From NCBI GenBank assembly GCA_016182875.1, contig JACPFQ010000003.1:1-58560 (forward strand): DNA of 58,560 nt, in the 5' to 3' direction. Numbering within the stretch: position 1 is the stretch's first letter; the number at the start of each line of letters is the position of its first letter. The stretch comes from Candidatus Doudnabacteria bacterium (GTDB taxonomy: Bacteria > Patescibacteriota > Doudnabacteria > UBA920 > O2-02-FULL-48-8). Shown one piece after another: positions 52,622 to 58,560 of the stretch. The position numbers were made by a program, and so were the translations under genes. Below the pieces are notes generated by a model. The model saw nothing but the letters and a program-made list of their open reading frames with translations. It had not been told where the DNA came from and ran no database searches.

Positions 52622-53812
52622 TTAAAAGTTAACAGTTATTTCTTTGAAAACTCTGGCGCTTTCGCGGACACGCCTCTCCTGCGTTTCAAAATCCACCTCC
52701 ACCAATCCAAACTTGGGGCCAAATCCGTCATGCCATTCGTAGGTGTCGGTAAGCGACCAGTAAAAATACCCTCTGACGTCCACGCCGAAATCGATGGCTT
52801 TTTTGGCCCAATAAAGATGTTCGGCGATAAATCGTTTTCTCATATCATCGGAAGCGTTGGCAATGCCGTTTTCCGTAACGTAAACGGGCTTGTTGTATTT
52901 TCTTAGAGCTCGAAGCAGATAATAAATCCCTTCCGGATGGGTTCTCCAGCCCATATCCGAGCGCGCTTCTTCCTCACTCGGCTTCACGCGCTGAAATCCT
53001 GATTTCAAATCAAGCCGCAGCCGTTCGTAAAAATAATAATTCAACCCGATGAAATCGAGCTGCTTCCTTATCTTTTCGAAAAAATAGTGATTGGCGAAAA
53101 AATTTGCAATTTTGACCGCCTGTTTGTCCGTCCACTTATTTCGATATGGCTCCATGTACACGCTATTTTTGGCCACACCGACTTTAGCGTCAGGGTTCAC
53201 CTCTTTGATCGCTCTATACGCCGCCTTGTGAGCGCGGATTAGGTTGCCTATGACCTTCAAAAACCCAGGCAGGCTTTTTTTGAATGGCGGCCAGATTCCA
53301 AACCGGTACCCCATGCCTGCGTAAATTTCCGGTTCATTTATGGTCACCCACAAGTCCACTTCTGACTTTAAATTCTGGGCCAAAAACCAGGCGAAGCGCC
53401 CGAAAGCCGCAGCGCCCTCCCGCGTGGCCATGCCGCCCCTGTCGGCAAGCCACCGCGGCAGAGTGAAGTGATGCAAAGTGACCATGCGCGTCATGCCGAG
53501 GTCCTTCAGCTTTCGCAAAACCTTTTTGTAGTGCTCAAGCTCTGAAACCGACCACTTGCCCTCAGCCGGCTCAATCCGGCTCCACTCGATGGAAATCCGC
53601 ATGGCGTTCAAGCCGATTTGCTTCGCCAGCGCAAAGTCTTCTTCGAAGCGGTTGTAATGATCGCAGGCCTTGCCGGATTTGGGGAGCTTGCCCATTTCCT
53701 CATACATCCACCAGTCGCTGTTTTTGTTGTTTCCTTCCACCTGGTGCGCCGAGGATGCGGCTCCCAACAAAAATCCGTTCGGCAAAGACAGTTTTATTTC
53801 TTGATTATTCAT
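52622..53812 (-). CDS. GH1 beta-glucosidase
   Basis: Start at MNNQEIK (53812). GAASSAHQVEG, TLHHFTLPRW, TINEPEIY (acid/base) and YVTENGIA (nucleophile). Confidence 0.9.
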   Translation of the reverse strand: MNNQEIKLSLPNGFLLGAASSAHQVEGNNKNSDWWMYEEMGKLPKSGKACDHYNRFEEDFALAKQIGLNAMRISIEWSRIEPAEGKWSVSELEHYKKVLRKLKDLGMTRMVTLHHFTLPRWLADRGGMATREGAAAFGRFAWFLAQNLKSEVDLWVTINEPEIYAGMGYRFGIWPPFKKSLPGFLKVIGNLIRAHKAAYRAIKEVNPDAKVGVAKNSVYMEPYRNKWTDKQAVKIANFFANHYFFEKIRKQLDFIGLNYYFYERLRLDLKSGFQRVKPSEEEARSDMGWRTHPEGIYYLLRALRKYNKPVYVTENGIANASDDMRKRFIAEHLYWAKKAIDFGVDVRGYFYWSLTDTYEWHDGFGPKFGLVEVDFETQERRVRESARVFKEITVNF

Positions 53813-53912
53813 GAACCGATGAGTATATAGTAACAAAAAAAATAAGGGCCAGCCATGAGGCGAGCCCGGTTAGAAACCCGCAGCCTATAAAGCTGCATCG
53901 ACATTCGAGCCG

Positions 53913-54098
53913 CTAGCTTTCGGCCGAAGTTGACGCCGCCTGCTGCTGGGTCGTTTGTGCGAGGAGTGCATTGAGACGAGCCTGTGCCGCCTCGAGTTCC
54001 TGTCTGGCGTACCCTCTGTTGATCTGACCCTCGGCTCTGTCCAACCTGCCCCTGTAGAACTCCACTTCCCTCCTGGCAGCTGCGATCTTGTCGTTCAT
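53913..54098 (-). CDS. Small coiled-coil protein of unknown function (GC-rich island 6)
   Basis: 61 aa, Arg/Ala/Gln-rich heptad-like sequence. GGAGGG lies 8-9 nt before the ATG. A hairpin plus T-run follows at about 53835-53869 on the minus strand. Confidence 0.45.
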   Translation of the reverse strand: MNDKIAAARREVEFYRGRLDRAEGQINRGYARQELEAAQARLNALLAQTTQQQAASTSAES

Positions 54099-54329
54099 GT
54101 TTATGTACCCTCCGTAAAAGAAAACAGCCCTTGTGAGGGCTGCCGAATTTGCTCAAACTCAATCAGCCTTCACGAGGAGTGAGGAATAATGATTCCGATT
54201 GATTTTGAGCCGATATTTTCCATGCCTAAGATAATAGCACAGACTTATTTTGTTGAAAAGACCCCACAAAAACGATTGACCAAAAAAAAGCCATGGCCTA
54301 AAATCGATCAATGCTTTCTATGCCTATGA

Positions 54330-54358
54330 TTGAATCAAAAAAATAGAAAAGCTATAAT
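54330..54358 (+). promoter_or_regulatory. Near-consensus promoter of tRNA-Glu
   Basis: TTGAAT (54330-54335), 17-nt spacer, TATAAT (54353-54358), 12 nt before the tRNA 5' end. Confidence 0.6.
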
Positions 54359-54370
54359 TATTGGGCTTAT

Positions 54371-54448
54371 GGCGCTATCGTCTAGCCTGGCCTAGGACAC
54401 ACGGTTCTCATCCGTGGAACTCGGGTTCGAATCCCGATAGCGCTGCCA
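54371..54448 (+). tRNA. tRNA-Glu (anticodon CTC) with encoded CCA
   Basis: Cloverleaf folded by hand. Acceptor GGCGCTA/TAGCGCT, D-arm TCGTCTAGCCTGGCCTAGGAC (Glu-like), anticodon stem CACGG/CCGTG with loop TTCTCAT, T-arm TCGGGTTCGAATCCCGA, then G-CCA. Confidence 0.9.
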
Positions 54449-54450
54449 AG

Positions 54451-54483
54451 AAAAAATCTCACATTTAGTGAGATTTTTTCTTT
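54451..54483 (+). terminator. Rho-independent (potentially bidirectional) terminator
   Basis: AAAAAATCTCAC-ATTTA-GTGAGATTTTTT. Confidence 0.7.
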
Positions 54484-54496
54484 CTGCTTTTCAAGG

Positions 54497-55126
54497 CTAT
54501 TCCGCAGCCACTTCTGCCGGCGCTTCAGTTGTTTCCACGACCGGTTCTTCAGCCGCCTCGGTTGTTTCCTCGGTCGGAGCCTCGCCAGAGCTTTCAGTCG
54601 TTGTAGCGTCCGGAATGACATCAGAGGGCTCTTCTGTTCCTGTTTGGTCATTGTCATTGTTATTGTCATCGTTTACCTCAATACTCTCCCCAACCACCTC
54701 CCCATTGTTATCTGTTATCTGTTCGCTGCCTGCCCCGGCCGAAGCGTCGGGGTTATCTGACGCTGATTCCTGTGTTACCCCGCATTCTCCCGCCGTATGG
54801 CTCAAACTGCCGCTTTTGACCTTCACGCAATAAATTTCGCCGGTATCTTCATCTATCAATTCTAACCCCTTGGTCCTGACCTTGGCCGCGATAATAAGTC
54901 CATTCTCATCAATGCTCCACTTGCCGGAGATTGAGGTAATGGCTTTGACATTCAGTATGCTAAAGCCGGACATGTCTATATCCTTCTCATTGACAATTTT
55001 TTCGCAAGAGGATAACTCCCCCTCACCCCCTCTTATATTAAGAGGGGGTTCCTCGGAAGGAAGTCCTCCCCCTTGGAACAAGGGGGAATTAGAGGGGGTT
55101 AGATTCGAGCAAGAAGCACTCGCCAC
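54497..55126 (-). CDS. Probable detached C-terminal part of the tail-fibre-like protein (GKWSIDENG domain plus acidic T/E-rich tail)
   Basis: 209-aa ORF with a GTG start inside repeat 55015-55115. The first roughly 40 aa (SNSPLFQGGGLPSEEPPLNIRGGEGELS) are repeat-encoded. An in-frame TAG lies 6 codons upstream of the start. Confidence 0.5.
   Translation of the reverse strand: MASASCSNLTPSNSPLFQGGGLPSEEPPLNIRGGEGELSSCEKIVNEKDIDMSGFSILNVKAITSISGKWSIDENGLIIAAKVRTKGLELIDEDTGEIYCVKVKSGSLSHTAGECGVTQESASDNPDASAGAGSEQITDNNGEVVGESIEVNDDNNNDNDQTGTEEPSDVIPDATTTESSGEAPTEETTEAAEEPVVETTEAPAEVAAE
55015..55115. repeat. Permuted copy of the MITE-like palindromic element at the junction of two ORFs
   Basis: CCCCCTCTTATATTAAGAGGGGG and TCCCCCTTGGAACAAGGGGGA hairpins plus TTAGAGGGGGTTAGA, matching halves of 48355-48470. 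Confidence 0.75.
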
Positions 55127-58100
55127 ATCCAGCTTTTGGAATACCTATACTTTGGCCGGATTCGGTCATTTTCATGGCATAACCGGGGATAGTCTTTGAA
55201 ACAGTGATGTGATCACCCGGCAGTATTGGCCCATTTTCTTTCGAGACCTTGACCGGTATTTGGCCAATCAAACCAACGATTACATTACCGGTTTCCTGAC
55301 CTTCAGGAGGAAGGTTGCCAACAAATGCCGAACGGTCAGATATCACCCCTAATAAAAGGACAGAATCGTCCGCCTTCACAACTCGACCGTTGTCATTGAT
55401 CGATACTAAATCGCCCGCTTCCAAGCTTAAATCTCGTGTTGGGAAATATTCCGCGAAGTCCGCACCGCCGGACTCGTATGCCACGGCGTTGTTGTTCAGA
55501 CGTACACGTCCCACGCCGGTCCCGTTGCTGGACGTCGTCGATCCGGCAAAGAAGTTAATGAATCGCCTTGTGCTTCCAGTTGAAGCAGTTCCGGATCGTA
55601 GGGATAAAACAGTTCCTCCGTCACTTGTGTTGCTGTTGAAAAAGGTACTGATTGTGGAATCTGATGCTCCGTCGCCGACCACGTTGAGAGTGCTGTTCGG
55701 CCCCGTCGTCCCGATGCCGACATTGCCGGCACTTCCATCAACAAATACAATGGTGTTCTGCTTTCCATCGGCGATCCTTAGATCCCTGAACTGCGTAGCA
55801 CCCGCCTGATAACCTACGTAGTTGAGAAACAACTCCGAATTGGCATTGGTTTCATATTGAGCGTTTATTGTGTTGCCGGTCGAGATATATACTTCACCAA
55901 ACCCGGCGCCACTGGTTGAGAATCCAGCCAAACCGGTTGAAGCCTTTCTCACGTCCAATATACCTGCAGGGCTAGTCGTCCCGATGCCGACGTTGCCGGA
56001 GGAAGTCAGAGCCAAGACATTGGTATAACCCCCTCCATTGACTTGGGAGGAGAAGTCCAGGTAGCTGGTGGGATTAGCCGTTCCTTGGACTGGCACCACC
56101 TGGGTAATCCAGTCTACTGTCTGGGAAGCGGCTGTGGCATCTGTCTTCCAGCCCTGGCCGGTTAGTCTTAATCTGGGAGAATACTGCTGGGCGGAGGCTT
56201 GGGCAGCGGTGGTGTTGGTGAGGATGTAGCCATCAGCTGAGGTGACACCAATGGCTGTTCTGGTCAGGGTTTCCGTGGTAGTCACAGCTGGGGTGGTCAG
56301 GGTAGGTGAGGTGGCCAAGACCAGATTACCCGTCCCGGTCTGATTGGTCGTGGTCAAAGCCGTGCCTCCTCCTAGAGCCAAGGAAGTGCCAGTAGCCACA
56401 CCCAAGACTGGAGTTACTAATGTCGGAGTATTGGCAAAGACCAGAGCGCCACTGCCGGTCTCATCAGTGATGGCCGAGATTAAATTAGCCGAGGAAGGAG
56501 TGGCCAGCAAAGTGGCTATGCCTGTGCCTAGGCCACTGACTCCGGTGGAGATGGGCAAGCCGGTAGCGTTGGTTAAAACAGCTGAGGCGGGAGTGCCTAA
56601 AGCTGGGGTAACCAAAGTTGGCGAAGTGGCAAACACCAACGCCCCGCTCCCTGTCTCATCAGTGATGGCCGCAGCCAGGGCCGCTGATGTCGTTGGCGAG
56701 CACCCGGTGCAGCTGGTGACTGTCAAGGCGTTGAAGGTCGGAGAAGCTGCTACTTTGACACTCTGGTCAAACCAGTCATTGAGGGTAGGATTGCCTGAGA
56801 GAGTAATGGTTCTAGCAGCATCCCCAGTGGTAATAGTTAAGGTTCTGCCTGCGGTTAGGTTCTCAGTATTGGCTATGGTTAAGTCAAAGGCTCCGGTGCC
56901 TGTGGATCTGATACCTAAGGAGGTTAATCCTGTATGAGTGCCTCCATTGATGGTTGGTGAGGTTAAGGTCTTGTTAGTTAAGGTGTCTGTGGTGGCTCGG
57001 CCCACATAAGTATCTGTGCCCTGGAAGGTGATGGTGGTGGAGTCAGTCCCTGAGAAAGCCAGGGTGTTGTTGGCAGTTAAAGTCTTGCCATCAGCAATGG
57101 TTAGGGTGGAGCCGGTGGCTGGAGCGGTGATGGTGAGTTTGTTAATGGTTGTGGCAGTAGCCACTCCCAGGGTTGGGGTAACTAGGGTTGGGGAGGTGGC
57201 AAAGACCAATGCTCCAGACCCCGTCTCATCAGAGATGATTCCAGCTAACTGAGCTGAAGTGGTGGCGGCAAAGACTGAGAGGTTGTTAGAAGTGTAAGCC
57301 ACGGTGCCTCCTGTACCAAAAGCTATGGATGAGGCATCGGTCCCGGTAAGGGTTAAAGTATTGGAAGCAGTTAAGGTCTTCCCAGCTCCCAGGGTCAAGG
57401 TTCCGGTTCCTGTAGTTATGGTATTGCCATTGACTGTGTTGACATAGAGAGCTCTCCATTTCTTGGAAGAAGAGCCTAAGTCATAAGTGTTGTCTGTGGC
57501 TGGGATGATATGGCTGCTGACTTGGGCTACGTAAGTAACCGTGTCAGTGGAGGCATCTCCCAGGGTGGTAGAATCCTGGACTGTGAGGTTAGCCGTGATT
57601 TGGGTGGTTCCCTGGGTGGTGGTGCCGGTTAATACCAGGGAGTTGCCATAGATGTCTCCCTCGGAGTCAACCAGGAACTTGATGGTTCCTCCGACTGCGG
57701 CAGAGATGAGGTTGCCGTCAGCGATGGAGGAGGCGGGGTTGATGTAAATGGTGCCGTCTGAGGCATTGGAGGTGCCGGCGGGAAAAGAAGTAAAGACATG
57801 AGGAAGGGTGGGAACCTTGGTAAAGGTAGACTGGGCGGTGGCGGTAAAGGTGGAGTTGGTGATGGTTAGGCCATTGAGGGTGGTGGTTCCTGAGACTGTG
57901 AGGTTTCCTGTGATGGTGGAGTTTCCTGAGACTGAGAGGCTGTTGAGAGTAGAAGTCCCTCCGCTTTGGGTGAAGTCTGAGGTGATGGTGAGCTTTTCCG
58001 AGGTAATGTCCTTGGCTCCGAAATAGGTCGTGCCTCCCAAGGTTCCTACCGGGGAGGTGGCTGGGGCAGTGGGTAAGACGTAGCTTATGGAGTATCCTTG

Positions 58101-58560
58101 TGGGCCTTGGATGCCGTCCTTGCCTGGGTCTCCCTTGAGTATGGTCTTAAGCTCTTGAGACTTGCCAATTAAATCAACGAGCTCGGTTTCAGTCAGGGCT
58201 GCTTTGACAGTATAGTTGTTGACCTCCCGGATGATGTGGGTGGCTTGGATGTCTGCTCTGTTCCCCTCATCCGTCCGGTCATTCGACCGGACAAGCCCCC
58301 GGCGGGAAATCAGGGAGGGAATTTCTTCTCCCTGTGGGAGAAGGGAATTCCCCTCTCCCATAGGGAGAGGGGTCAGGGGTGAGGGGTTCCCAAGCCATTC
58401 CCCAGCAATTCTTCCCAGCTCTTGAGTTCTTATGCCTAATTCATTCTCAAGATATCCTCGAATCTTCTGGGCTACGACTTGCTGAATGTCTGTGTGCGTG
58501 AGTCTGGCCAATACTGGGGTTGCGACGATCAAGCAGGCCAAAATCGCGGCAGCTGTTTGA
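55089..58560 (-). CDS. Giant collagen-like / tail-fibre-like repeat protein (5' end outside the window)
   Basis: The reading frame is open to the window edge, where it reads QTAAAILACLIVATPVLA (signal/TM-like). Collagen-like KGDPGKDGIQGPQG. At least four copies of DETGSGALVFA(T/N)(S/T)PTLVTP. GNVGIGTT(S/G)P motifs are typical of tail-fibre-like proteins. Confidence 0.85.
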   Translation of the reverse strand, partial: QTAAAILACLIVATPVLARLTHTDIQQVVAQKIRGYLENELGIRTQELGRIAGEWLGNPSPLTPLPMGEGNSLLPQGEEIPSLISRRGLVRSNDRTDEGNRADIQATHIIREVNNYTVKAALTETELVDLIGKSQELKTILKGDPGKDGIQGPQGYSISYVLPTAPATSPVGTLGGTTYFGAKDITSEKLTITSDFTQSGGTSTLNSLSVSGNSTITGNLTVSGTTTLNGLTITNSTFTATAQSTFTKVPTLPHVFTSFPAGTSNASDGTIYINPASSIADGNLISAAVGGTIKFLVDSEGDIYGNSLVLTGTTTQGTTQITANLTVQDSTTLGDASTDTVTYVAQVSSHIIPATDNTYDLGSSSKKWRALYVNTVNGNTITTGTGTLTLGAGKTLTASNTLTLTGTDASSIAFGTGGTVAYTSNNLSVFAATTSAQLAGIISDETGSGALVFATSPTLVTPTLGVATATTINKLTITAPATGSTLTIADGKTLTANNTLAFSGTDSTTITFQGTDTYVGRATTDTLTNKTLTSPTINGGTHTGLTSLGIRSTGTGAFDLTIANTENLTAGRTLTITTGDAARTITLSGNPTLNDWFDQSVKVAASPTFNALTVTSCTGCSPTTSAALAAAITDETGSGALVFATSPTLVTPALGTPASAVLTNATGLPISTGVSGLGTGIATLLATPSSANLISAITDETGSGALVFANTPTLVTPVLGVATGTSLALGGGTALTTTNQTGTGNLVLATSPTLTTPAVTTTETLTRTAIGVTSADGYILTNTTAAQASAQQYSPRLRLTGQGWKTDATAASQTVDWITQVVPVQGTANPTSYLDFSSQVNGGGYTNVLALTSSGNVGIGTTSPAGILDVRKASTGLAGFSTSGAGFGEVYISTGNTINAQYETNANSELFLNYVGYQAGATQFRDLRIADGKQNTIVFVDGSAGNVGIGTTGPNSTLNVVGDGASDSTISTFFNSNTSDGGTVLSLRSGTASTGSTRRFINFFAGSTTSSNGTGVGRVRLNNNAVAYESGGADFAEYFPTRDLSLEAGDLVSINDNGRVVKADDSVLLLGVISDRSAFVGNLPPEGQETGNVIVGLIGQIPVKVSKENGPILPGDHITVSKTIPGYAMKMTESGQSIGIPKAGCGECFLLESNPL
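58272..58390. repeat. Three in-frame hairpin modules inside the 5' region of the tail-fibre-like gene
   Basis: TCCGGTCATTCGACCGGA, CTTCTCCCTGTGGGAGAAG and CCCCTCTCCCATAGGGAGAGGGG. Together they encode NPSPLTPLPMGEGNSLLPQGEEIPSLISRRGLVRSNDR. Confidence 0.65.

Noticed and set aside
1085-54160. Simple chimeric misassembly as the sole explanation for the GC-rich islands.
   Set aside because: This is not fully excluded. However, six separate short inserts, each precisely confined to an intergenic gap with backbone genes intact on both sides, are hard to produce by contig chimerism. It is kept as a caveat in the main finding.
1-58560. Alternative genetic code (UGA recoding as in some CPR lineages).
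   Set aside because: All family-recognisable genes are full length under the standard code with TGA, TAA and TAG stops. Overlaps of the ATGA type use TGA as a functional stop.

Overview
The backbone looks like a reduced Candidate Phyla Radiation (Patescibacteria-like) genome; that assignment is inference from gene content and repeat families. Most genes lie on the minus strand. They include a cell-envelope glycan cluster: several GT2/GT4 glycosyltransferases, a Wzx-like flippase, a Wzy-like polymerase, galE and rfbABCD. There is also a sortase locus with three large surface proteins carrying non-canonical xPK(T/S)G sorting signals, plus secreted proteases (S8, S41 and an HtrA-like protein with all three catalytic residues substituted). 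Housekeeping genes include minimal alaS and aspS, scpAB, lgt, rarA, a ybaK-like gene, ogt and tRNA-Glu(CTC). A CdaR-like regulator sits next to GH1, a second GH-like gene and an EamA transporter. A giant collagen/tail-fibre-like protein runs off the right edge of the window. Three things stand out. (1) Six short GC-rich segments each hold one ORF, a canonical Shine-Dalgarno site and usually a terminator hairpin, and three or four also have sigma70-like promoter boxes. They sit in intergenic gaps of a backbone that mostly lacks SD sites. They encode two beta-barrel OMP-like proteins, a FliA-type sigma factor and three small unknown proteins. (2) The 5' end of aspS looks like an insertion hotspot, with two decayed duplicate aspS 5' ends, a long palindrome, an AbrB/PIN toxin-antitoxin pair and the sigma-factor island stacked upstream. 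(3) Several families of palindromic (MITE/REP-like) repeats are very dense. Some flank nuclease genes (GIY-YIG, a DUF559 fragment), some sit in frame inside enzyme and membrane-protein genes, and one apparently splits the tail-fibre-like gene. An IS30-family element abuts the left window edge. I found no CRISPR array, rRNA, reverse transcriptase or recognisable multi-gene defence system.
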